Assembly: GCA_964016885.1 (NCBI GenBank)
Contig: OZ024760.1
Location: forward strand, 1,984,001-2,048,000
Direction: 5' to 3'
Length of the DNA: 64,000 nucleotides
From: Eledone cirrhosa
Taxonomy: Eukaryota
The notes below the pieces were generated by a model. The model was not told the origin of the DNA. It did no database searches and was given only the letters and a program-made list of their open reading frames with translations. This document shows, in pieces, positions 1 through 12,569 of the stretch (position 1 is the first letter of the stretch; every line of letters begins with the position of its first letter). The position numbers and the translations under genes are program-made.

Positions 1-6
1 CACCAC

Positions 7-59
<53 letters not shown>

Positions 60-97
60 CCACCACCACCACCACCACCACCACCACCACCACCACC

Positions 98-131
<34 letters not shown>

Positions 132-189
132 TCACCACCACCACCACTACAACAACAGCAACATAATCATCAACACCACCACCAGCACC

Positions 190-223
<34 letters not shown>

Positions 224-246
224 CCACCACCACCACCACCACCACC

Positions 247-278
<32 letters not shown>

Positions 279-616
279 CGTCGTTTCTGGTTCCAATGAC
301 ATTACATGCCAGAACTTTACTACTGCAACCCTGTTAACACCCTCCCCCAACATCTACCATAACCACATTAAAAACCACCACCAACACCCTATCTATCTAT
401 ATCTGTGTATATATGTATATATATATAATATATATATAAATATACACATACATACATACATTCATATATACATTCATATATGCATGCATATATATATATA
501 TATATACACACATATATATACATATATATATATATATATTATATATATATATATATAAATATATTTATATATATATATATATATATATCTGTGTGTGTCT
601 TGTGTATAGTCAGGAA

Positions 617-667
<51 letters not shown>

Positions 668-680
668 GTGTGTGTGTATA

Positions 681-743
<63 letters not shown>

Positions 744-802
744 GTGTGTGTGTGTGTGTATGTGTGTAAATATATATATATACACACATATACACACGTG
801 TC

Positions 803-838
<36 letters not shown>

Positions 839-1592
839 CACACACATATACACACACGTGTATATATGTGTGTGTATATGTATATATATATTTATATATA
901 TATATAATATACACACACATATATACACACACGTGTGTGTATATATGTGTGTAGTCAGAAAGACCTGTCTCAAGTAAATGGATGCATTTAACAGATTCTC
1001 TAGATAAACAGTGTGGAGCAGGTGGGGTGGGGGAAGGTATGGGGGTGGTGGGGTGAGAAGAAAAATAAAGAAGACTGTAAAAAATAAAAGACAAAAAACA
1101 GACAGAAGTCTTACATAGAACACGTTTGTGTTGTTGTTGTTGCTGCTGTTGTGGTCTTAACCTTCCATTTCCATCCCTTCACCACCACTTAAACTCCTCT
1201 CAAAAACCTTGTTTTCTTTTTAACAAGGATCCACCACCACCACCACCACCACCATCCCCAACATCACCCTCACTATTACCACCATTATCACTACTATGAC
1301 CACCACCACTACCACAGCCACCTCCATCCCCAACACCACCCTCACTATTACCACCATTATCACTACTATGACCACCACCAACACCACCACCATTATCACT
1401 ACTATGACCACCACCATTATCACTACTATGACCACCACCACCACCATTACCACCATTATCACTACTATGACCACCACCACCACCACTACCACCATTACCA
1501 CCATTATCACTACTATGACCACCAACAGAAATAACAAAAATAAAACATGGAAAAAATATATTAGTTTAACTCTTGAAATAGCTGGAAGATAG

Positions 1593-1628
1593 TTTTAACT
1601 TTTCGGACACTAGTCCTTCATCAGAAGA
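1593..1628 (-). ncRNA. Minimal type I hammerhead ribozyme motif (family H1, slightly degenerate)
   Basis: Minus strand reads CTGATGA-a-ggac-tagt-gtcc-GAAA-agtt-aaaa. It lies in a ~200-bp module (1525-1730) homologous to 43299-43490. Confidence 0.6.
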
Positions 1629-2003
1629 TAGAGTTAGAAACAAAAGATAAATAGAAAGTAAAGAGTGATGAGAGGAAGGAACAGGGAAAATGACAAAAAA
1701 ACTTGGGGAGAAAAAAACACATGTGCGTATTCAGTCAGCCATAATTTAAAAACAACAGAAGGCTGGACTGGAAATCTTCGTTAAAGTTTTAATGTTGCAA
1801 AAACATTATACGTATTTCAATGACGTAGTTATATTATTTGATCATGATGCAAGACTTAGGTGATGTCATCAGGTGTGAATCGAAAAATTAGTTAATTGAT
1901 AATAGAATTACAGTGAACACAAACAGAATAGAGAAAAGATTTGATTTGGGGATGGCCTACTTATTCGGTGTCATAGTAATGGCACATACTCACCAATGCA
2001 TAT

Positions 2004-2330
2004 CATCATCATCATCATCGTTTAACATCCATCTTCCATGCTAGCATGGGTTATATGGGAATTGTCCCACTTGAAGCAAGATTGATTGGATGACAGTGTC
2101 TCGCTCGTATAGGACTATACCTGGCAGGTTTTCTACGGCTGGATGCCCTTCCTAACACCAACCACATTTACAGAGTGGACTGGGAGCCTTTTTACCGTGT
2201 TTTCTACACAGCTACATTATAGCATGGACTGGGTGCTTTTTTTTGTCGTGACACCTACACAACCTCTTTAGTTTGGACTGGATGTTGTGGTACCAACATA
2301 ACTATACAGAGAAGGGTGGTGTTATAAATG
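2004..2330 (-). mobile_element. Dispersed retroelement family B (SINE-like, (ATG)n tail)
   Basis: atcgtttaacatccatcttccatgctagcatgggtt...ggatgcccttcctaacaccaaccac. Homologues at 28440-28990 (+), 37845-38200 (-), 51175-51420 (+) and 52617-52789 (-). Confidence 0.7.
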
Positions 2331-2730
2331 CAAATATGACCCTCATTGCTCCAATTAGTCCACAAACAACCTAAACTGAACACCAACCTGCTTTCATGAT
2401 TCCTGCTAAACCAAACTGTGACCCACCCTCCAAATCAACAAATCAGACATGGACTTCAACAGCCACTAAATGTGGGAGACAATCTACAAACATTTTTGTT
2501 GATGAACCAGAATAATACTTACTGTCTCCATAAAATAACATATCGTAGTCTAATAATGGTTTCTTATATAGGCACAAGGCCAGCAATTTTAGGGGAGGGG
2601 GAAGTCGATTAAGTCCATCCCCAGTGTATTACTGGTTCTTTATTTTGTCGAGCCCATAAGGATGAAAGGTAAAGCTAATTAAGATAATAAGAGCCTTGTG
2701 TGGCTAATAAAGAAATCATCGTCATCGTCA

Positions 2731-2901
2731 TTAGAGTCAGACGCCATGCTTTGCAGCATAGAGTTATGGCCCTTTACGGTCAGAGTTCAAATTCCTCCCG
2801 AGGTTAAACTTTGCCTTTCATCCTTACGGGGTCGATAAAATAAAGTACCAGTAATGCACTGAGATAATTGCTGGCCTTGTGCCTAAAGTAGAAACAATTA
2901 T
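2731..2901 (+). mobile_element. SINE family A (tRNA-derived, ~185 bp)
   Basis: B-box-like gagttcaaattcc, conserved core ctttgcctttcatccttacggggtcgataaaataaagtaccag, tail gtagaaacaattatt. About 20 copies in the window; a partial minus copy lies at 2553-2680. Confidence 0.85.
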
Positions 2902-3185
2902 TAAAAGACATCAATTTTGCCAGAAAGACAAATGTACTAATGTATGTTCCTGGGTGTTTATTAAATCTAGGAAGCCAACAGTAAGCTAGGAGGGGAGGGG
3001 GGTAATGATGGGGGGGTGACTTTTCTGGAGAGTTTGGTTAACTGTTTAACATCACAATGGTGTGGGGGGGTGGAAAGAGAGCGTGGTCGGAGGAGCGTGA
3101 GGGGTGGTTGGAGTAGGGGTAGAATGGTAGAAGGTTGAGAGGGTTGGTAGTGGTGGTGTTGGTCGTCGGCGCCATTGGAGGAGGT

Positions 3186-3500
3186 GAAGAAGAAGAAGGC
3201 AAAGAAGAAGAAGAAGAAGAAAGAGAAGAAGGCAAAGAAGAAGAAGAAGAAGAAGAAGAAGAAGAAGAAGAAAGAGAAGAAGAAAGAGAAGAAGGCAAAG
3301 AAGAAGAAGAAGAAGAAGAAGAAGAAAGAGAAGAAGAAGAAGAAGAAGAAGAAGAAGAAGAAGAAGAAGAAGAAGAAAGAGAAGAAGGCAAAGAAGAAGA
3401 AGAAGAAGAAGAAGAAGAAGAAGAAGAAGAAAGAGAAGAAGGCAAAGAAGAAGAAGAAGAAGAAGAAGAAGAAGAAGAAGAAGAAGAGAAGAAGGCAAAG

Positions 3501-3530
<30 letters not shown>
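3186..3530. repeat. (GAA)n polypurine tract with higher-order units
   Basis: GAA runs punctuated by aaagagaagaaggcaaa. Confidence 0.9.
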
Positions 3531-3532
<2 letters not shown>

Positions 3533-4987
3533 TAAATAAAGAAAAAAAGAAGTAGTGGTGATGAGGGTGGTGGCAGAGGCTGGGGTGGTGTGGGTGGTGG
3601 TGTTGGTGGAGGGAGTGGAAGTGGTAGTGGTGAAATTGGAGGTGGAGGGAGTGGAGGAGGTGGTGGAGGTTATTTCCCCTTTTCAAGAGGATTCTGTCTT
3701 GACAACATAAAGCCATTAAAACAATGTTCTGCTGCCAGGTATAGTGGTGGTGGTGGTGGTGGGGAGAGAGGGTGTGTGTGAAGGAGTGTGTGTGTGGGGG
3801 AGATTGTGTGTGTGTATGAGAGATTGTGTGTGTGTATGAGAGATTGTGTGTGTGTGGGGGAGATTGTGTGTGTATGAGAGATTGTGTGGGTGTGGGGGGA
3901 GATTGTGTGTGTGTAGGAGAGATTGTGTGTGTGTGGGGGAGATTGTGTGTGTGTATGAGAGATTGTGTGTGTGTGGGGGAGATTGTGTGTGTGTATGAGA
4001 GATTGTGTGTGTGTATATCAGAGAGCCAGAGACAGTGAGTTAGAGAGAAAAAGAGTTAGAGAGAGAGAGAGATAAAGAGAGAGAAAGAGAGAGAGAGGGG
4101 AAGATACAAAGAGAGAGACAGAGAGATAAAGAGGGAGAGAGAGAGAGACTGAGAGATAAAGAGAGAGACTGAGAGATAAAGAGGGAGAGAGAGATGAAGA
4201 GGTGCAATGTTTCATCAAAAGTACAGTTTTGTGCCAACCAACTGACCAGCTATATAGTATTATACTACCAACACTACTATTACCACTACCACCAACACTA
4301 CCACCACTACCACCAACACTACCACCACCACAACTACCAACACTACCAACACCACTACCACCACAACCACCAACACTACCACCACTACCAACACCACCAC
4401 TACAACCACCACCACCACCATCATCATATCACTATAAAACTGCTGTTTTCCATGTGAAGGGGAGGGGCAGGGATGGGTGGGATGGGACCCCTCCCCCCAG
4501 CTGAGGCCACCACCACCCCACCCTACACCACCTCCACTGTGTTTTTTGTCAATGACAACTGTCCACCAGCATGTCTGTCTGTCTGCCTGTGTGTGTGTCT
4601 GTATGACTGTGTATTTGTGTGTGTGTGTATGTGTGTGTCAGTGTGTCTGTGAGTGTGTGTGTGTGTGTGTATGTGTGTGTGTGTATGTGTGTGTGTGTAT
4701 GTGTGTGTCAGTGTGTGTGTGTGTGTGTGTCTGTCTGTGAGTGTGTGTGTGTGTGTGAGTGTGTGTGTGTGTGTCAGTGTGTGTGTGTATGTCTGTGAGT
4801 GTGTCTGTGAGTGTATGTGTTTATGTGTTTGTCAATGTGTGTTTACACATGTATATGTGTGTGTGAATTTATATATATATATATGTGTGTGTGTGTGTGA
4901 GTGTTTATGTATATATATATATGTGTGTGTGTATAGATACATATACATGCACACACACACACACATATATATATATACATAAACACT

Positions 4988-5038
<51 letters not shown>

Positions 5039-5169
5039 GTGTGAGTGTGTGCATATTCATGTTCACATGTATGTAAGAGTATGTGTAAGTGTGTGTGTAT
5101 ATATATATGTGTCTGTGTCTGTGTGCAAGTGCATGTGTGTGTATGAGTATGGAGCAAGAGCAATAGGTG

Positions 5170-5176
5170 GTGATGT

Positions 5177-5212
<36 letters not shown>

Positions 5213-5223
5213 ACATCACTATA

Positions 5224-5262
<39 letters not shown>

Positions 5263-5318
5263 CACTATAGTGATGTAGGTATATATATATATATATACAC
5301 ATACACTATAGTGATATT

Positions 5319-5371
<53 letters not shown>

Positions 5372-5422
5372 TATAGTGATGTAGGTATATATATATATAT
5401 ACCTACATCACTATAGTGTATG

Positions 5423-5486
<64 letters not shown>

Positions 5487-5506
5487 CATACACTATAGTG
5501 ATGTAG

Positions 5507-5548
<42 letters not shown>

Positions 5549-5641
5549 TATAGTGGTGTAGGTATATATATATATATATACACACACATACACTATAGTG
5601 ATGTAGGTATATATATATATATACACACACATACACTATAG

Positions 5642-5684
<43 letters not shown>

Positions 5685-5700
5685 TACACTATAGTGATGT

Positions 5701-5755
<55 letters not shown>

Positions 5756-5772
5756 CATACACTATAGTGGTG

Positions 5773-5804
<32 letters not shown>

Positions 5805-5814
5805 TACACTATAG

Positions 5815-5850
<36 letters not shown>

Positions 5851-5860
5851 TACAGTGATG
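5170..5860. repeat. Compound minisatellite: palindromic cactatagtg core alternating with variable (TA)n
   Basis: ~13 units of (catac)actatagtgatgtagg(ta)n; units at 5209 and 5401 are inverted. Confidence 0.85.
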
Positions 5861-5970
5861 CTTCTGTCTATGACATATATAAGGTAAGCATATAAATGTT
5901 TTATTCTTAAACTTTAGTCTTATAGGTTACAGGATAACATGACACACCACACATGGATATGTATGTCTCC

Positions 5971-6063
<93 letters not shown>

Positions 6064-6170
6064 TATATCTGTATATATATGTATATATATATATATGTAT
6101 ATCTATGTTATTCTTAACTCTTTCACTATAAATGTATATATATATATATAAATACATAGATATAAGTATT

Positions 6171-6228
<58 letters not shown>

Positions 6229-6231
6229 TAC

Positions 6232-6263
<32 letters not shown>

Positions 6264-6402
6264 ATATATATTTATTTATATTTATATACATATGTATATA
6301 TATATATATCTATCTATATATAGATAGATAGATAGATAGATAGATACGTAGATATACATATATAGATATATATAGATATAGATAAATAAATAAATATATG
6401 TC

Positions 6403-6436
<34 letters not shown>

Positions 6437-6446
6437 TATATATATA

Positions 6447-6486
<40 letters not shown>

Positions 6487-6530
6487 TGTGTGTTTATCTA
6501 TGTTTATATATATGTGTGTGTGTGTGTATC

Positions 6531-6587
<57 letters not shown>

Positions 6588-6596
6588 ATATCTATG

Positions 6597-6631
<35 letters not shown>

Positions 6632-7564
6632 GTATAAAGACATCCCTATATAAAACATTTCCTCATAAACTCCAAGTACCATAAGCTGTCAAATAAAAAC
6701 AACATAAAAGTTAGCTATAGTTTAATACAAAACATCAGTAATTTGATATGGTGAATTGAGCTACTGTACCACTGCCTCACATACACCACACCACATATAT
6801 ATATATGTATATATACCACACCATATATATATATATATATACCACACCACACATATATATATATATACACCACATATATATATATATATACACCACATAT
6901 ATATATATATATATATACACACCATACCACATATATATATACCACACCACATATATATACACTACACACACACATATATATATATATATACACTACACCA
7001 CATATATATATATATATATACACTACACCACATATATATATATATATAAAAACACACCACACCACACCACATATATATATAACTACACACACACACATAC
7101 AAACACCTGATATACAGAAATGTCATACACACACACAAAACACCACACATACAACCCCCCCCCCCCCAAACGAAAAAATCCAAGAACATCAATACAACTG
7201 TAGCATAAAGCAATGTCTTCTGTCCACTCAATGACAAATATCTCAGAAATACACATAAATAACATAGATATGATGTGCTAGAGCAGGGTTTCCCAACCAG
7301 GGCAATATCGCCCACCAGTGAGCGATGAGCAACGGAATGGAAAATGGTGGGCGATTGGAAATTTTGGTGAATGTTATAGGATTGTGAGTATTAACCCTTT
7401 AGCATTTACATTACTCTATATTTACTATTGTATTTTCACGGCAAAGGCTTTACCTCACATAATTATCTCACATAATATTGAATCTATGAGCTATATGTAA
7501 TTTGATGCCCTTCTCTAAAAAATTGTTTAACGCTTTAGCATTTACATTACTCTATATATATACT

Positions 7565-7741
7565 TGTTTCTACTTTAGGCACAAGGCCAGCAATTACCCA
7601 GTGCATTACTGGTACTTTATTTTATCGACCCCGTAAGGATGAAAGGCAAAGTCAACCTCGGCGGGATTTGAACTCAGATCGTAAAGGGACGTAACTATGC
7701 TTGAAAGCATGGCGTCCGACCCTCTACCGATAGTGCCAATC
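7565..7741 (-). mobile_element. SINE family A, nested in a MITE copy
   Basis: Reverse complement of the family A consensus. Confidence 0.85.
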
Positions 7742-9950
7742 CTATATACTATTGTATTTTCAGGGTAAACACTTTACCTCACATAATTATTTAACATAAT
7801 ATCGAATCTATGAGATTTATCTCATATAATATCGAATCTATGAGATTTTGATATCATTTATTTTGAGAACAATACCTTAACATAAGTATGAGAGGCTGGT
7901 TACGGCTGGTTTGAACAGAAAAAGGTGAGAGAATTCTGGCCAAATACGGTCGGCTTAAATGCTAAAGGGTTAAGAAGGTATTTCAACATAGAAAAGAATA
8001 TTCAAAGGAGATATGCAAAGAACCTGTATAATCCCCCGCCCCCACTCAAAGCAGGAGGTTAATTGAGAATAACGAACCAGTAACAAACTTTTACCAAATA
8101 TTTTTGGTATGTCTTTGAATATTTACTATACAGGTGGGCAGTGGAAAATATTTGAATTTTAAACCAGCCATATCCGGCCAGAATTCTCTCACCTCTTTCT
8201 GTTCAAACCAGCCCTAACTGGCCACTCATACCAATGTTAAGGTATTATTCTCAAAATAAATAATATCAAATTCTCATAGATTTGATATTATGTGAGATGA
8301 AGCCTTTCCCATGAAAATATAATATAATAGAATTCTCTAACTTCTTTCTGTTCAAACTGGCCGTAACTGGCCACTCATACTGATGTTAAGGTACTGTTCT
8401 CAAAATAAATAACATCAAAATCTTCTAGCTTTAATATTATGTGAGATAAAGTCTTTATCACAAAAATACAATAGCATATATAGAGTAAAGTAAATGTTAA
8501 AGGTTTAAAAAGGTATTTCAACATATGCTACCCAAAACAATATTCAAAGGAGATAAGCAAAAAAAAAAAAAAAATGAAAAAAAAAGATCTACCCCCAAAA
8601 CAAACTTTTATCAAACACTTTTGGTATGTTTTTGAATATATTCTAAACAGGTGGGTGGTGGAAAATGTTTCCATGTGAAGGACAATAGAAATTACAGACC
8701 CAGACCTAAAGCTTTCATGTAATTAGACTTAAGGTCAAGTTAATGATAAAATTTGTTAATTTCAACTATTCATATATAATATATAATAGCAGGGAAAGCA
8801 GACATATATATATATATATATATATAACCAAGAAATTTATAATAAATTGAAGTGAAAACCAACAGGAGCATGACCCTCCCAAAGTATAACAATATATATA
8901 TATAGATATATATATATAGATATAGATATATAGATATATATATATAAAGGTTTATTTTTTGCTTATCTCCTTTGAATATTGTTTTGGGTAGCATATGTTG
9001 AAATACCTTTTTAAACTTTTAACATTTACTTTACTCTATATATACTATTGTATTTTTGTGATAAAGACTTTATCTCACATAATATTAAAGCTAGAAGATT
9101 TTGATGTTATTTATTTTGAGAACAGTACCTTAACATCAGTATGAGTGGCCAGTTATGGCCAGTTTGAACAGAAAGAAGTGAGAGAATTCTATTCTATTAT
9201 ATTTTCATGGGAAAGGCTTTATCTCACATAATATCAAATCTATGAGAATTTGATATTATTTATTTTGAGAATAATATATATATATGTTTTTTGCATATTT
9301 TGTGGTAGAAGATCAAGAAAGAGCTTAATAAACTCCTGTTAGAACAAAAATCATAACTAGGCAACAAGTGGGACATTCAAAGACAGATGCATACAACATA
9401 TACACTCATTCTGCAATTAATGGATAAAAAATGTAATGTGCCATGTAACATTTCTATCAAAGCTAATTTGGGATCTACAGGAGAGATCTATGGAAGTAGA
9501 ATGACCCCATCATTCTTGCTCTTGTGTTGGCATAGAAACAGAACGGCAGACTATAATGTTCTTTTTTTTTTCACAAAATGTCCTTGTAAAACCAGGGGGC
9601 GTCTTATACAAAGGTCAGCAAATATGGTAAATGGAATTTATTTTTTTCATTTGTCTTAATGAAATATTATTACTGCTAACTTATTTTTGTAGGAAAATCA
9701 AAATAATAAATAATAAATAATAAATTATTTTTAAAAAATAGAATAATTAAATAAATGAATAAAATAATTATAAGAATATTTATATTTATGTTTTTCTTTC
9801 TTAATGATTTTTTATTTTGTTTTGTTTTATATAGACACAGGAGGTCATGAGAATAGTTCTTAGCTCCAAATTACAGTAAATTAATCCTGCAGTAAATTAA
9901 TAGTGATGGTGGTGGTGATGCTAGTGGTGCTAGTGACATTATTATTAGGC

Positions 9951-10360
9951 TGTGAATTGGCAGAGGGTTGGATGCCATGCTTTCTAGCATAGTTACGTCC
10001 CTTTACGGTCTGAGTTCAAATCTTTGCCTTTCATCCTTACAGGGCCGATAAAATAAAGTACCAGTAATAAACTGGGTTAATTGCTGGCCTTGTGCCAATA
10101 GTAGAAACAATTATTATTTAATAAATAATGAATAAATAAATAAAGAAATCATTATTATTATTATTGGCGATGGATTGGCAGTATCGGTAAAGGGTCAGAT
10201 GCCATGCTTTGCAGTATAGAGTTACGGCCCTTTATGATCTGAGTTCAAATCCCGCCAAGGTTAACTTTGCCTTTCATCCTTACGGGGTTGATAAAATAAA
10301 GTACCAGTAATACATTGGGTAATTGCTGGCCTTGTGTCAAAAGTAGAAACAATTATTATT
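9951..10360 (+). mobile_element. Two tandem SINE family A copies (9951-10118, 10168-10360)
   Basis: Family A head, core and (ATT)n tail, twice. Confidence 0.85.
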
Positions 10361-10967
10361 ATTATGATAATATTAATAATTTACATATCAATGAATAATA
10401 ATTACAATAAATAAATAAATAATAATAGAATTGATTAATGTGAAATATCTGCTCTGTATGTGTGTATGTGTGTGAGTATGTATGTGCATGTATGTGTGTG
10501 TATGTGTGCTTGTGTACGTGTTTGTGTGTGTGCGTATGTGTGCATGTATGTGTGTGTATGTGAGTGTGTATGTGTGTGTGCATGTATGTGTGTGTGTGTA
10601 TGTATGTGTGTGTATATGTATGTGAGCGCGTATGTGTATGTATGTGTGTATGTAGCTATAGTTGTAGTGGTTGCTGTTGTTGCTGTAGTTATTGTTGTTG
10701 CTGTAGTTATAGCTATAGTTCTAATTGTAGTAGTAGTAGTAGTAGTAGTTGTGGTTGTAGTTGTTGTTAGAAGTAGAAGTGTGTGTGTGTGTGTATGTAT
10801 GTGTATGTGTGTGTATGTGTGTATGTGCGTATGTGTGTATGTGTGTGTAGGTGTGTGTAGGTGTGTGTAGGTGTGTGTGTGCATGTATGTGTGTATGTGT
10901 GTGTGTGTAGGTGTGTGTGTGTGTGTGTAGGTGTGTGTATGTGTGTGTATGTGTGTGTGTGTGTGTA

Positions 10968-11008
<41 letters not shown>

Positions 11009-11265
11009 ATGTATGTGTGCATGTATGTATGTCTACATAGATGGACAGCATCTGGTATAATTCACCACAAATTATGATTTACCTATTGGCAATAGCAGAG
11101 AGCAATAGAACAGAGCAGTGAGACAGACCAGTAATAAAACATGTCAGAATTGTTGATAATGTCAATTAAGACAAACAGGATTGTCTTCCCCTTCTATTCT
11201 CTGTTTCTATCTCTAACTTACTCTCACTCTCTCTTATTCATTCCCTGCTGTTTCACTGAGAGAAA

Positions 11266-11980
11266 TAATTGGTTCTACTTTTGGCAAAAGGCCAGCAATT
11301 ATCCCAGTGCATTACTGGTACTTTATTTTATCGACCCCGCAAGGATGAAAGGCAAAGTTAACCTCGACGGCATTTGAACGCAGACAGTAAAGGGCCGTAA
11401 CTCTATGCAGTAAAGCATGGCATCAGACCCTCTAATGATATTGCCAACCCACCACCCTTCTAAATAATTGTTCCTGCTTTTGGCACAAGGCCAGCAATTA
11501 TCCCAGTGCATTACTGGTACTTTATTTTATCGACTCCATAAGAATGAAAGGCAAAGTTAACCTTGGTGGTATTTGAAGTCAGATCATAAATTGTTTCACT
11601 GAGAGAAATAATGTATGTATGGTTCCTTATTTAGTAAACATTTAACCCTTTAGCATTTAAATTACTCTATATTTGCCAATGTATTTTTCTGGTGATGTCT
11701 TTATCTTACATAATTACCTCACATAATGTCGAATCTATGAGACTTTGATATTTATGTTGACACTATTGGATTGGCAATATCGGTAGAGTGTCGAAAACCT
11801 GCTTTGTGGCATATAGTTATGGCTCTTTACGTTCTGATTCCAAATCCTGCTAAGGTTAGCTTTGCTTTTCATTCTTATGGGCTTCATGAAATAAAGTACC
11901 AGTAATGCACTGAGGTAGATTTAATCAACTTTCTCCTCCCCCAAAATTGCTGGCTTTCTGCCCAAAGTAGAAATAATTAT
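11266..11980. mobile_element. Cluster of three SINE family A copies (11266-11452 -, 11465-11590 -, 11767-11980 +)
   Basis: Family A core in both orientations; the last copy is nested in a MITE. Confidence 0.8.
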
Positions 11981-12344
11981 TTATTTTGAGAACAATACCT
12001 TAATGTCAGTATGAGCAACCTGTTACAGCCGGTTTGAAAAGAAAGGGATGAGAGAATTCTGGCCGGATATAGTCAGTTTAGATGCTAAAGGGTTAAATAA
12101 GACAAACGGCCAATGGTTGACAGATCTCAACAATGGACATACAACCTACCTTAGACCTGTTGTTAAAATGTCTTTTAATAAAAATGGGATGACAACGAAG
12201 AGTAAAATATGGTTTGTTTTGGAATATCTAAATACACGGACAGAGATGGTGGCCTGATGTAGCTGGCTATCTGCTTCCATCATATGGTGTTGGACAGATA
12301 TATAGATATATAAAAAGTACATGATAAAATAACAAGTCAGTCAA

Positions 12345-12530
12345 TCATATTGATAGCCTCCCCACAGCTCCGGCGGACAGAATGGAGAAGGTGTTTCCCC
12401 GGAGGAGGGTAAGGGAGATGTGCTGGAAGAGCCATTCCGACTCGCGAGCCACAGGTGTGGTCCTCGCAAGTTGGAATGGCACTTCCAGCGCGTCTCCCTT
12501 GCCGTCGTCCGGGGAAACGCCTTCTCTGTT
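12345..12530. mobile_element. Inverted pair of 3'-terminal fragments of a CRE-clade-like non-LTR retrotransposon
   Basis: Minus strand encodes RESEWLFQHISLTLLRGNTFSILSA; plus strand encodes PRKLEWHFQRVSLAVVRGNAFSV. Both resemble the QRISLA..RGNA motif at the C-terminus of CRE-type elements. Arms 12381-12448 and 12463-12530. Confidence 0.65.
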
Positions 12531-12569
12531 GTTAAAATTAATTATTGCTTTAAACTTACTGTACCATTC

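Noticed and set aside
1850-1880. Minus-strand CTGATGA (similar chance hits at ~21870, ~23802, ~29995, ~40610)
   Set aside because: No downstream GAAA with pairing stems.
3135-3555. Poly-E/poly-K protein
   Set aside because: Pure (GAA)n repeat open in several frames, with no splice or homology support.
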